A stretch of DNA of 64,000 bases from an uncultured Candidatus Rokubacteria bacterium (GTDB taxonomy: Bacteria > Methylomirabilota > Methylomirabilia > Rokubacteriales > CSP1-6): assembly GCA_963762145.1 (NCBI GenBank), contig CAVXJS010000009.1:256001-320000 (forward strand), in the 5' to 3' direction. Positions within the stretch are counted from its first letter, which is position 1. Each line of letters starts with the position of its first letter. The notes below the pieces were generated by a model, which was not told the origin of the DNA, did not search any database, and was given only the letters and a program-made list of their open reading frames with translations. Below are positions 1 to 11,032 of the stretch, in pieces. Both the position numbers and the translations under genes were made by a program.

Positions 1-1092
1 CAGCCCTACCACGCCCTGATCTCCACGCCCGAGGGCCCGATCCCGATCGGGCAGATCGTGACCAAGAACCAGGTCGGCCTGGAAGTCTACGACGGCCGGG
101 ACGAGGGCATCGGCACGACGCGGGTGGTGGCGGTCAAGGAGAACGGCGAGAAGGCGGTCTTCCGCATCGAGCTCCGCAACGGCGTGGCGGTCGAGGCCAC
201 CGGCGATCACCTGGTCTACGCGATCGCCAACGGCGTGGGCGCCTGGCGCCGGGTGGACGAGGTGGAGCCGGGCGCGGCCCTGCGCCTGTCCACGCGGACC
301 GACGTGCGCCTGGACTCCTACCACACCGAGGTGGACGAGGCGGCCCTGGTCGGGTGGCTGCAGGCCGACGGCTTCGCGGGCCAGGACGGGCTCAGCACCG
401 AGCACAGCCTGGCCGTCGAGTTCACCACCATCGACAAGGACGAGCTCGACTTCATCGTCGAGCGGGTCCACCGCGTGTTCGATGGCGCGCACTACCACGT
501 CCGCTCGATGGAGACGCGCACCCCGGGGCTCGACATCCACCGGATCCGCCTGTACGGCGAGCCGCTACGGCCCTTCGTGGACAAGTACGGCCTGCTCCGC
601 TCGAGCGCCGACCACGTGGTGCCGGCGAACATCTTGCGAAGCGGCCGCGACGCCCAGGCCGCGTACCTGCGCGCCCTCTTCCAGGCCCAGGGCACGGTCA
701 GCCTGCGGTCGTACTGGGCCCGCCAGGCCGACGTCACGCTCACCACGATCTCGGCCGCGCTCGCCCACGGGGTGCAGGCCCTCCTGCTCAACATGGGCAT
801 CTACGCGAAGCTGGGGCGGGGCGCCGAGACCCGGGAGAGCCGCCGCACCCCCTTCATCGTCTCGATCGTCCACGCGGAGTCGCGGGCCCGGTTCCGGGAC
901 CTGATCGGCTTCGTCTCCGACGACAAGCGCGAGAAGCTCGACACCGCCTGCTCCGACCAGTTCGCGGGCAAGAAGCTCCCCGCGCTGCGCGACGAGACGG
1001 TGGTACGGGTGGAGTGCGTGGGCGTGCAGCCGGTCTTCGACATCCAGACCGAGAGCGGGCAGTACCTCTCCAACAACGTCATCGTCCACAAC
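1..1092 (+). mobile_element. Intein 1 in NrdJ with LAGLIDADG-type homing endonuclease domain (N-terminal Cys presumably just before the window)
   Basis: Starts [12 protein letters not shown] (block A-like); block B ATGDHLV; endonuclease motifs LVGWLQADG and [10 protein letters not shown]; ends VFDIQT...NNVIVHN followed by extein Cys (CFIQ) at 1093. Confidence 0.92.
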
Positions 1093-4000
1093 TGCTTCAT
1101 CCAGTCCGTCTCCGACGATCTGGTCAACGACGGCGGCATCATGGACCTCTGGACCCGCGAGGCCCGCATCTTCAAGTACGGCTCGGGCAGCGGGACCAAC
1201 TTCTCCAACCTGCGCGGCGAGAACGAGCCGCTCTCGGGCGGGGGCAAGTCCTCCGGGCTGATGTCGTTCCTCCGCATCGGCGACCGCGCGGCGGGGGCCA
1301 TCAAGTCGGGCGGCACGACCCGGCGGGCGGCCAAGATGGTGATCCTCAACCTCGACCATCCGGACATCCTGACCTTCATCCGGTGGAAGGTGGTGGAGGA
1401 GCAGAAGGTCGCGGCGCTGGTCAGCGGCTCGCGCATGACCAAGCGGCGGCTGCAGGCGGTGCTGGCCGCGGTGCGCACCCCGGCGGGCATCGAGGCCGAC
1501 CCGCGCCAGAACCCGGCGCTGCGCTCGGCGGTCCGCGAGGCGCGCGCGGCCCTCGTGCCCGAGGGCTACATCCAGCGCGTGCTGCTCCTGGCCGCCCAGG
1601 GCGTGCGCGAGATCCACTTCCCGGAGTACGACACCGACTGGGACAGCGAGGCCTACTACACGGTCTCCGGCCAGAACTCCAACAACAGCGTGCGCGTGCC
1701 CAACGCCTTCTTCGACGTGCTCGCGCGCCGGGGCCAGTGGGAGCTCAAGCGCCGCACCGACGGCAAGTCGCGCGGGCTCGGTACCCGCCGAGCAGCTCTG
1801 GGACGAGATCGCGCACGCGGCCTGGGCCTGCGCCGATCCCGGCGTCCAGTACGACACCACGATCAACGAGTGGCACACCTGCCCCGAGGACGGGCGCATC
1901 AACGCCAGCAACCCGTGCGTGACCGGCGACACCCTGGTGGCCACCGCGGACGGCTGGCAGCGCATCGACGCCCTCGTGGGCAAGACCGCGCGCATCATCG
2001 GCTCGGACGGCGCGCCGCATCTCGTGACCCGCATCTTCCCGACCGGCCGCAAGCCGGTGTTCGATCTCCGGACGCGCCTCGGGTACCGGGTGCGCATCAC
2101 CGCCGACCACAAGGTCCTGACGGTGGGCCGCGGCGACGTGCCGGTGGCCGACCTCACGGCCGGCAATCGCCTCATGCTGCGCGGGCCCGGGCTTCGGCCG
2201 GCGCGCCCTCGCCACCGAGCTGGCCCTGGGCGTCGGGGTGGCGGCGGCGGAAGGGCTACCTCACCCAGTCGGTCGTCCTCGGGCGCGCGCAGGAGTCGCT
2301 CGTGCTCAGCACCGACGCGGGGGAGTCTCCGATCCTGGCCGCGGTCGCGGAGGCGGTCCACGCCAGCCGCGACCGCGCTCCAGGCGGTGGGCGGCGCTCG
2401 GCCGCCAGGCCGGCTCCGGCGTCATCACCCGGACCGCGGCCACCGCGCGTCTCATGCTCGAGCAACCGCCTCTGCGGTGGCGGTCTTCCGCGAGTTCGCG
2501 ATCCTCGACGAGGGCGCGGCGGCGATCCGCTTCACTCCCGCCGTCTTCGACCTGGACCGGCCGGCCCTGGCCGCGGTGCTCCGCGGTCTCTTCACCGCGG
2601 ACGCCACCGTGGCCAACTACGGCGAGCAGTCGCGCTACGTCTCGCTGGACTCGACGTCGCTCGAGCTGCTGCGCCAGACCCAGCTCCTCCTGCTCGCCTT
2701 CGGCATCAAGGCGCGGCTCTACGAGGACACGCGGCTCGCCGAGGCCACGGCGGCGCGGCCCCATCCGACCCACTCGCTGCGCATCAGCCGCGCGTCCTGC
2801 CCGCTCTTCGAGCAGGCGATCGGCTTCCACGCGGCGAGCCCGAAGGCGCAGGCCCTGGCTCAGCTCAACGGCGACGAGCCGGTGGCGGGCGAGGAGCTGA
2901 CCGACGAGGTGCTCGCCATCGAGCCGGCGGGCGAGGCGGACGTGTTCGACCTCACCGAGGAGGTCACCCACCACTTCGTGGCGGGCGGGCTCGTCGTGCA
3001 CAACTGCTCGGAGTACCTCTTCCTCGACGACACCGCGTGCAACCTGGCGTCCATCAACGTGGTGAAGTTCCTGCAGCGAGGACGGCAGCTTCGACGTGGA
3101 CGGCTTCCGCCACGCCTGCCGCCTGTGGACCTCGGTGCTCGAGATCAGCGTCCTGATGGCGGCCTACCCGAGCCCCTCGATCGCCCAGCGGAGCTGGGAC
3201 TTCCGCACCCTGGGCCTGGGCTACGCCAACATGGGCACGGTGCTCATGCGCCGGGGCATCCCCTACGATTCTCCGGAGGCGACCGCCATCTGCGGCGCGA
3301 TGACCGCGATCATGTGCGGCGAGGCCTACGCGACCTCGGCCGAGATGGCGCGGGACCTCGGGCCCTTCCCCGGCTACCAGAAGAACCACGAGCACATGCT
3401 GCGCGTGATGCGCAACCACCGGCGGGCCGCCTACGGCGTCGCCGCGGTGGAGTACGAGGGGCTCAGCATCACCCCGCTCGGCATCGATCCCGCGCACTGC
3501 CCGGCCCCGCTGCTCCAGGCCGCGCGCGAGACCTGGGACCGGGCGGTCGGGCTCGGCGAGCAACACGGCTACCGCAACGCCCAGGTCACGGTGCTGGCTC
3601 CGACCGGCACCATCGGCCTCGTGATGGATTGCGACACCACCGGCATCGAGCCCGACTTCTCGCTCGTGAAGTTCAAGAAGCTCGCGGGCGGCGGCTACTT
3701 CAAGATCATCAACCAGAGCCTGCCCCTGGCGCTGGAGACGCTCGGCTACACCCCCGTCGAGATCGACGACATCGTGGCCTACTGCGTCGGCCACAAGACC
3801 CTCCGGGGCGCGCCGTTCATCAACCACGACACGCTCCGGGCCAAGGGCTTCGACGACGCGGGGCTGCAGCGGCTGGAAGCTTCGATCGAGACCGCGTTCG
3901 ACATCACCTTCGCCTTCAACGCCTGGACCCTCGGCGAGGGCTACGTGGCGTCGCGGCTCGGCATCAACGACGCGCAGCTCGCCGAGTGGAACGGCAACCT

Positions 4001-5138
4001 GCTCCGCGCGCTGGGCTTCACCCCCGCCGAGATCGAGGCGGCCAACGACTACTGCTGCGGCACCATGACCGTCGAGGGCGCGCCGCTGCTGAAGGCCGCG
4101 CATCTGCCCGTCTTCGACTGCGCCAACCGCTGCGGCAAGCGGGGCACGCGCTTCATCGCCACCGAGGCGCACATCCGGATGATGGCGGCGGCCCAGCCAT
4201 TCATCTCGGGCGCCATCAGCAAGACCATCAACATGCCGATGGACGCCACCATCGAGGACGTGAAGTGGGCCTACGACCTCTCCTGGCGCGGCATGCTCAA
4301 GGCGGTGGCCCTCTACCGCGACGGGTCCAAGCTCTCGCAGCCGCTCAACTCCACGACGGACGAGGAGGAAGAGCAGGCGGCGGCCGCGGACGTGGAGGCG
4401 GTGGCCGAGAAGATGACCGAGCGGGTGGTCACCCAGTACCTCCGCGAGCGGCATCGCCTGCCCGACCGGCGCTCCGGCTACACCCAGAAGGCGGTGGTGG
4501 GCGGCCACAAGGTCTACCTGCGCACCGGCGAGTACCAGGACGGGACGGTCGGCGAGATCTTCCTCGACATGCACAAGGAAGGGGCGGCCTTCCGCTCCCT
4601 GATGAACTGCTTCGCGATCGCGATCTCCCTCGGCCTGCAGCACGGCGTGCCGCTCGACGAGTTCGTGGACGCGTTCGTGTTCACCCGGTTCGAGCCGAAC
4701 GGGATGGTGAAGGGCAACGATCGCATCAAGATGTCCACCTCGGTCATCGACTACGTCTTCCGCGAGCTCGCCATCACCTATCTCGGGCGCACCGATCTCT
4801 CGCACGTGCCCGAGGAGGATCTGCGCGCGGACGCCATCGGCAGCCGGCCCGGCGAGGGCCCGGTGTCCAGCGCCCCGTCCATTCCGCTGGCGATGGAGGT
4901 GACCGCGCCGGAGCCCGCACCCCGTCCGGCTCCCGCGCCGGTGACCGCCCGCGCCGCCGCCCCGGTGAGCGGGGGCAGCGGTCCCCTGGCCGAGATGAAG
5001 CTGCTCTCTGCGTCCGAGATGGCCCGACTCAAGGGCTACGAAGGCGACCCGTGCGGCGACTGCGGGCAGTTCACCATGGTGCGCAACGGCACCTGCCTCA
5101 AGTGCATCACCTGCGGCACCACCACCGGCTGCTCATAG
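1..5138 (+). CDS. nrdJ: Adenosylcobalamin-dependent (class II) ribonucleotide reductase, 5'-truncated by the window edge; two inteins, C-terminal TSCPD-like and Zn-ribbon region; several apparent frameshifts (~1770, ~2190-2460, ~3075)
   Basis: Motifs [72 protein letters not shown] and C-terminal CxxC...[11 protein letters not shown], assembled across ORFs 58..3156, 1919..5266 and 3096..5138. Confidence 0.93.
1916..3004 (+). mobile_element. Intein 2 in NrdJ with degenerate endonuclease domain
   Basis: NP|[13 protein letters not shown] start, ITADHKV block [11 protein letters not shown] motif, ends VFDLTE...GGLVVHN|CSEY. Confidence 0.92.
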
Positions 5139-5150
5139 CCCTGGCGACCG

Positions 5151-5240
5151 GCCCCTCACCCTGCCCTCTCCCCCTCCCGGGGGAGAGGGTTCTTGATTCT
5201 TCCCCCTCTCCTCTCCGGGGAGAGGGTAAGGGTGAGGGGC
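5151..5240. repeat. REP-like composite palindrome (CCCTCACCCTGCCCTCTCCC...GGGAGAGGG...AGGGTGAGGGG)
   Basis: Nested inverted repeats right after the nrdJ stop; related half-copy at 6889-6940. Confidence 0.75.
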
Positions 5241-5262
5241 TCCGAACACAGGGGCGCTGGGC

Positions 5263-6885
5263 GTGACCACCCGCTGGCCCGAGGCCCGCGCCCCGCGCGG
5301 CATGGTGGCCACCCCGCACCTGCTGGCGACCCAGTCCGGCCTGGCCGCGCTGCGCGCGGGCGGCAATGCGCTCGACGCGGCGATCGCGGCGGCGGCCACC
5401 ATCGCGGTGGTCTACCCGCACATGAACGGCCTCGGCGGCGACAACGTGTGGCTCATCTACGACGCCCGCCAGCAGCGGCTTCGCGCGCTCTGCGCGGTGG
5501 GTCGCGCCGCCCGCGCGGCCAGCATCGACTGGTACGCGGCGCGGGGGATCAGCGGCGCCCTCCCCTCACGCGGCGGGCCCGCCGCGCTGACCGTGCCGGC
5601 GGCGGTGGACGGCTGGTGGCAAGCGCACGAGTACAGCCGGGGCGCGATGGGCTCGCCGGTGGGCTGGAAGGCGCTGCTGGCCGACGCGATCCTCTACGCG
5701 CGCGAGGGATTCCAGGCTTCCGACGGCCAGCGCGTCCCGCCGCCCCGCGAGCCCGATCTCTTCACCGAGCGCGCGCCCACGGAGATTCGCCGCGCGCTCT
5801 GGCCGCTCTACCACCCGGACGCCCTGCGCCGTGGGCCGCTGGTGCAGCGCGATCTGGCCCGCACGCTCGAGGCAGTGCGCGACGGGGGCGCGGAGGGCTT
5901 CTACCACGGCGACGTCGCCCGGCGGCTCGTGGCCGCTGCCGCCGCCGTGGGCAGCCCGCTCGCGGCCGAGGATCTGGCCGAGCATCGCTCGGACTGGATG
6001 GAGCCCCTCCGCATCGCGTACGCGGAGGGGCACGTCGCGAGCTTCCCGCCCCCCACCCAGGGCATCTCGGCCCTCGCGGTGCTCGGCATGACCGAGCGCT
6101 TCGACATGAGCGCCCTGCCCGAGGCCGACTACATCCACGTGCTCGTGGAGGCGACCAAGCTCGCGTTCGACGATCGCGACCGGTACCTCACCGACCCGGC
6201 CCACATGCGCGTGAATCCCGTCGATCTGCTCGCCCCCGAGCGCCTCCAGGCCCGCGCGCGCCTGATCTCGCGCGAGCGCGCGCGCCCGCCCCAGCCCGCC
6301 GCGGCCGCGGGCGGCGACACCATCGCGCTCGTCACCGCCGACCGGGAAGGCAACGCGGTCTCCGTGATCCAGTCGCTCTACTTCACCTTCGGCGCGGCGG
6401 TGCTCGCCGGCGACACCGGCGTGGTGCTGCAGAACCGCGGCGCGTTCTTCTCCCTCGATCCCGGCCACGTCAACGCGCTCGCTCCCGGCAAGCGGACGAT
6501 GCACACGCTGATCCCGTCCATGTACCTCGAGGGCGGGCGGCCGCGCTTCGTCTACGGGACCATGGGCGGCGAGGGCCAGCCCCAGACCCAGGCCGCCATC
6601 CTCACCCGCCGCCTGTTCCGGCGCCTCGGCACGCAGGCCGCGATCGAGGCGCCGCGGTGGCTCTACGGGCGCACCTGGGGAACCGCGTCACGGGCGCTCA
6701 GCCTGGAAGGGCGCTACCCGGCGGAGCTCGCATCGGAGCTGGCCGGCCGCGGGCACGAGGTGACCATCGGGGGGGAGTGGGACGATCTTTTCGGGCACGC
6801 GCACGGCATCTGGGTGGCCCCGGAGAACGGCGGCCTGGTCGGCGCCTCGGACCCGCGGGCCGACGGCGGCGCCCTGGGCTATTGA
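5263..6885 (+). CDS. Gamma-glutamyltransferase family protein
   Basis: GGNALDAAIA, HMNGLGGD, PPPTQG, DT nucleophile, LQNRG, PGKRTMHTL, GTMGGEGQPQ, ASDPRADG. Confidence 0.92.
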   Translation: MTTRWPEARAPRGMVATPHLLATQSGLAALRAGGNALDAAIAAAATIAVVYPHMNGLGGDNVWLIYDARQQRLRALCAVGRAARAASIDWYAARGISGALPSRGGPAALTVPAAVDGWWQAHEYSRGAMGSPVGWKALLADAILYAREGFQASDGQRVPPPREPDLFTERAPTEIRRALWPLYHPDALRRGPLVQRDLARTLEAVRDGGAEGFYHGDVARRLVAAAAAVGSPLAAEDLAEHRSDWMEPLRIAYAEGHVASFPPPTQGISALAVLGMTERFDMSALPEADYIHVLVEATKLAFDDRDRYLTDPAHMRVNPVDLLAPERLQARARLISRERARPPQPAAAAGGDTIALVTADREGNAVSVIQSLYFTFGAAVLAGDTGVVLQNRGAFFSLDPGHVNALAPGKRTMHTLIPSMYLEGGRPRFVYGTMGGEGQPQTQAAILTRRLFRRLGTQAAIEAPRWLYGRTWGTASRALSLEGRYPAELASELAGRGHEVTIGGEWDDLFGHAHGIWVAPENGGLVGASDPRADGGALGY

Positions 6886-6888
6886 GGG

Positions 6889-6940
6889 CCTCTCCTCCCT
6901 ATTTCCCTCTCCCCTCAGGGGAGAGGGCAGGGTGAGGGGT
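6889..6940. repeat. REP-like palindrome, same family as 5151-5240, between convergent genes
   Basis: CCCTCTCCCCTCAGGGGAGAGGGCAGGGTGAGGGG. Confidence 0.7.
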
Positions 6941-6959
6941 GGTCGACGGTGAGGGGCGG

Positions 6960-8591
6960 CTACGCGTTGCCGCCGGCCAGGGCCTTGTAGAGCTCGAGCC
7001 CCACCTGCGACAGATCCGACCGGGTCTCGATCGGCAGTCCGGCAACGGTCCACGCACCGAGGCCGCCCTTCAAGATCCTCACGTCCTTGAAGCCCATCTT
7101 TCTGAGGTCGCGCGCCACCCGGGCGCTGGTCTCTTCGTCGGGTCAGGTACAGTAGGCCACCACGGGCCGCGTCATGTCGAGGTCGAGGCCGGCCAGGCTG
7201 CCGGGCAGGTCCTCGGGCGTCACGCGCACCGAGCCGGGAATCTTGAGCGGGAGCTTCTCGTAGGCGTCGACGTTGCGGGCATCGAGGATGGTCGGCACCT
7301 TGCCGCTCTCCATCATCCGAACCACCTCGAACGGCTGCACCCGGTAGCGGTTCTTGTTCCAGCGATGCAGCCACTGGCCGCCGAATCCACCCGCGCTCAG
7401 GAACGTGACCCCGATCGCCACCCAGAACCACGGGAACGGCTTGGGCGGCGGATTCTTCACGTACTCGCGCGTCTCGACCAGCTTGCGCCGGACATCGGGC
7501 AGGTTCGGGTGGAGCTTGTCGGCCTCCTCGAAGCGCCGCAGGGCGCCGGGGTAGTCCTCGGCGTAGAAGGCGGTCAGGCCCGCATACCAGACGTCGTTGA
7601 ACTTGCTGCTTCCGTTGATCTTCACCGGGGTGCCGCGCACGAAGTCGGTCACCGCCGCCGACGGGATCACGAAGTTGAAGCCCTGGACGATGGCGCCCTC
7701 CGCGCCCGGCGCCAGCGAGACGAAGGTGAGGACGCCCACCACCTTGCCCCGGTCGTCCACCGTCGGACCACCCGAGTTCCCCCACGCGGCCGAGGCATCG
7801 GTCTGGATGAGGGGATTGTTGCTCGCGTCGGCCTGGATCGCGGAGACCGCCCCATTGGTCACCACGGAGTCGACCATGGCGGACTTGCTGAGCAGCTCGT
7901 GGGAGAGCACCACGCCCGGGAACCCCAGGATGTGCACGGGATCGCCGACCTGGACACCGCGAGAGTCGGCCAGGGGCAGCATCGGGAAGGAGTCCCCGTC
8001 GACCTTCAGGAGGGCGAGGTCCTTGGCGGACATCTCGCTCACCGGCGGGCTGTACTTCTTCACGGCGGCGCTGAGCCGGCCCTTGGCGGTGACCACGAAG
8101 ATCTGGGGCTGGAGGTTGACCTTGACGGTCGGCAGCACCGCGTCGAGCAGCCTTCGCTTGGCCGCCTCCTCGCGATCCGGCGCATCCCCCGGCTGCAGCC
8201 CCATCTTCTTGAGCATCTGCGGCAGGCACGCCGAGGTAACCGCCCGCTGGGCCTGCTGGTTCGCCAGCCAGCGGGGCGGCTCGTGGGCCGGCTGGACGAC
8301 GTGGCCGTTGGTGATCAGCCAGCCGTCGGCGTCCAGGAACCAGCCGGTGCCGGTCTCCCGGAAGACGGGCGGGGTGATCTTCTGGGGCCCGGCGCCGGCC
8401 CCGCAGTCGAGGGTGACCTCGGAGGCCACCTCGGCCACCACCAGCACCACCGCCGGCTTGGCGCGCTGAATGGCCTCCTGGACGGTGATGGGCTTCTGGG
8501 CCGAGGCCGCGGAGGGGAACGACGCGGCCGCCAGCACGACGGCCGTCCCGAACAGCGCTGAACGCAGTATCATAGGCCCACTGCGGACCAT
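6960..8591 (-). CDS. Trypsin-like serine protease + TPR-like helices + TM helix + C-terminal rhodanese domain, with in-frame TGA at 7143-7145 (probable selenocysteine, YCT-U-PDEETSARVA)
   Basis: Signal peptide; triad TNGHVV / KDLALL / GNSGGP; TM FPWFWVAIGVTFL; after the TGA the frame continues PDEETSARVARDLRKMGFKDVRILKGGLGAWTVAGLPIE to TAG at 6960-6962, completing the rhodanese fold. Confidence 0.85.
7112..7126 (-). promoter_or_regulatory. Putative bacterial SECIS hairpin
   Basis: GCGCC-CGGGU-GGCGC stem-loop starting 16 nt after the UGA, with G in the apical loop. Confidence 0.55.
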
Positions 8592-8611
8592 TCTACACTG
8601 AGTCAGGAGCC

Positions 8612-9004
8612 ATGAGCCGGCCGATCGGGGAAGTGCCGACGAGAACGTTCCAGCCCGGCGACGTCATCTTTCGCGAGGGTGACGACGCCAAGGGCGAAGC
8701 GTTCATGGTCCACGTGGGCCGCGTGGACATCCGCAAGCAGATCGGCGGCGAGGAGCGTCTGCTGCGCACGCTCGCCAAGGGCGAGCTGCTCGGGCACATC
8801 GCGCTCTTCCGCAACGCGCCCCGCTCCGCGAGCGCGATCGCGGCCGACGCGGTCACCCTGATGGTCATCCCCGCCAACCGGCTCGATCACCTGGTCCGGG
8901 CGAACCCCGCGCTCGCGCTCGCGCTGATCCGCGATCTGGCCGTCAACCTGCTCGCAGCGGAAGATCGGCTGCGCGAAGCCGAGCAGAAGAGGAAACCGGA
9001 GTAG
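8612..9004 (+). CDS. Stand-alone cyclic nucleotide-binding domain protein
   Basis: IFREGD, GELLGHIALF, PRSASAIA cNMP-binding motifs. Confidence 0.88.
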   Translation: MSRPIGEVPTRTFQPGDVIFREGDDAKGEAFMVHVGRVDIRKQIGGEERLLRTLAKGELLGHIALFRNAPRSASAIAADAVTLMVIPANRLDHLVRANPALALALIRDLAVNLLAAEDRLREAEQKRKPE

Positions 9005-9019
9005 GAGCAGCCGTGCCGC

Positions 9020-10241
9020 TCAGGCGGTGGCGACGAGACCGAAGGTCTCGGCCGCGACGCCCGCGACGTGTCGCCCGATGGCCAGCGACGCGGTGGCGCC
9101 CGGGGAGGGCGCGTTGACCACGTGCACGGCGCCCGCCGTCACGCTGATCTTGAAATCGTCGATGAGCGCGCCGTCCGGGGCGACCGCCTGCGCGCGCACT
9201 CCCGCCCCACCCCGCTCGAGATCGGACGCCGCGATGTCGGGGACCAGCTTCTGCAGCGAGCGCACGAAGGCGGTCTTGCTCGCCGAGCGGTACATCTCGA
9301 AGGCGCCCACCCGCCAGTACTTGCGCGCCATGTGCCAGAAGCCCGCGTAGCCGAGCGTGCCGAGGAGCTCGCCGGGCCGCACCGTGCCGAGCGTGTAGCC
9401 CTCGCGCGCGAAGGCCAGCACCGCGTTCGGGCCCGCCTCCACGTCGCCGTGGATGGTGCGGGTGAAGTGGACGCCCAGGAACGGGAACTCGGGATCCGGA
9501 ACCGGGTAGATGAGCCCGCGCACGATCGAGCGGCGCTCCGGGCGCAGCATGTAGTACTCGCCGCGGAACGGGATGATCCGCACCTCCGGGGTCACTCCCA
9601 TCAGGGCGGCGACCCGATCGGAGTGCAGCCCGGCGCAGTTCACGAGGTGCTTCGCCTCCACCGCGCCCTGCGCGGTCTCGAGCACCAGCGCGCTCCCCTG
9701 CCGCCGGATCGCGCTCACGCCGGCCCCCGTGAGGATGCGGACGCCGCGCTGCTGGAGGAGCTCGGCCATCTTGGCCACCACCTCCATGTAGTCGACGATC
9801 CCGGTCTCGGGCACGTGGATCGCGCGCACCGCGCGGCAGTTCGGCTCGTAGGCGCGCACCTCCTCGGCGGTGAGCATCTTGAGGCCGGCGAGCCCGTTGG
9901 CCTGGCCGCGCTCGTAGATCGTCTGCAAGCCGCGGCAGCTCGTTGGCGTCGGTGGCCACGATGATCTTGCCGCAGCCCTCCCACTTGATGCCGTGGGTGT
10001 CGCAGAACTGCTTCATGCGGCGCGCCCCGTCCACGCAGAGCTTCGCCTTGAGCGAGCCGGGCTTGTAGTAGACCCCGGAGTGGATGACCCCGCTGTTGTG
10101 GCCGGTCTGGTGCGAGCCGAGCTGCGGCTCCTTGTCGAGCAGCACGAGCCGCAGGCGCGGGTGGGCCTCGGTCAGGGCCAGGGCGGTGCCGAGGCCCACG
10201 ATGCCGCCGCCGACGACCGCCAGGTCCGTGGTCTGCGTCAC
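9020..10241 (-). CDS. lhgO: L-2-hydroxyglutarate oxidase (frameshift ~9930)
   Basis: VVGGGIVG, HQTGHNSGVIHSG, PFRGEY, IYPVPDP, FLGVHFT, NAPSPGATASL, split over two frames. Confidence 0.88.
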
Positions 10242-10270
10242 GGGCGCCAGAATACCATCACCCTGGCGAC

Positions 10271-11032
10271 CTACTCCAGCGTCAGGGTGATCGGACAGTG
10301 GTCCGAACCCAGCACGTGGGGCAGGATCGTGGCCGCGCGCACGCGGCCCCGCAGCTCGTCGGAGACGAAGAAGTAGTCGATGCGCCAGCCGGTGTTGCGC
10401 GCCCGCGAGCCCGTCTTGAGGTCCCACCACGTGTAGTGGCCGGGCTCGGGGGTGAAGAGCCGGAACGTGTCGTGATAGCCGGCCGCGATGAACCGCGTCA
10501 CCCACTCGCGCTCGGCGGGCAGGAAGCCCGACGTCCGCTCGTGCTCCTTCGGGCGGGCCAGGTCCACCTCGGTGTGCGCGGTGTTGACGTCGCCGCACAC
10601 CACGATGCCCTTGCCCTGCTTGCGCCGCGATTCGGCGAACGCGAGGAAGGCCTCGTAGAAGGCGAGCTTGTGCTGGACCCGCTCGGGACCCATTCCGCCG
10701 TTCGGGAAGTAGACGTTGAAGAGATGGAAGTCGGGCAGCTCGGTGTGCACCAGCCGCCCCTCGCAATCGAGCACCGGCGAGTCGCAGAGCGTGCCGGCCG
10801 CGATCGGCTCGGGCCTCAGATAGGTCGCCACCCCGCTGTAGCCCTTGCGCTCGGCGAAGCTCCAGTAGCTCCGGTAGCCGAGCGGCGTCCGCATCTCGTC
10901 GGTGACCTGCTCGGCCTGCAGCTTGGTCTCCTGCAGGCAGACCACGTCGGCCGCCTCCGCGCCGAGGATCTCGAGCAGCCCCTTCTTCCACGCGGAGCGG
11001 AGCCCGTTGACGTTCCAGGAGAGGAGCTTCAA
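10271..11032 (-). CDS. xth: Exodeoxyribonuclease III / AP endonuclease
   Basis: SWNVNGLR, CLQETK, GYSGVA, VYFPNG, GDVNTAH, GWRIDYF, GSDHCP; TTG start overlapping the upstream stop. Confidence 0.93.
   Translation of the reverse strand: MKLLSWNVNGLRSAWKKGLLEILGAEAADVVCLQETKLQAEQVTDEMRTPLGYRSYWSFAERKGYSGVATYLRPEPIAAGTLCDSPVLDCEGRLVHTELPDFHLFNVYFPNGGMGPERVQHKLAFYEAFLAFAESRRKQGKGIVVCGDVNTAHTEVDLARPKEHERTSGFLPAEREWVTRFIAAGYHDTFRLFTPEPGHYTWWDLKTGSRARNTGWRIDYFFVSDELRGRVRAATILPHVLGSDHCPITLTLE

Noticed and set aside
5151-6940. GGT gene flanked by REP-like palindromes as a composite transposon
   Set aside because: No transposase or target duplication; these are common intergenic palindromes and the second copy is partial
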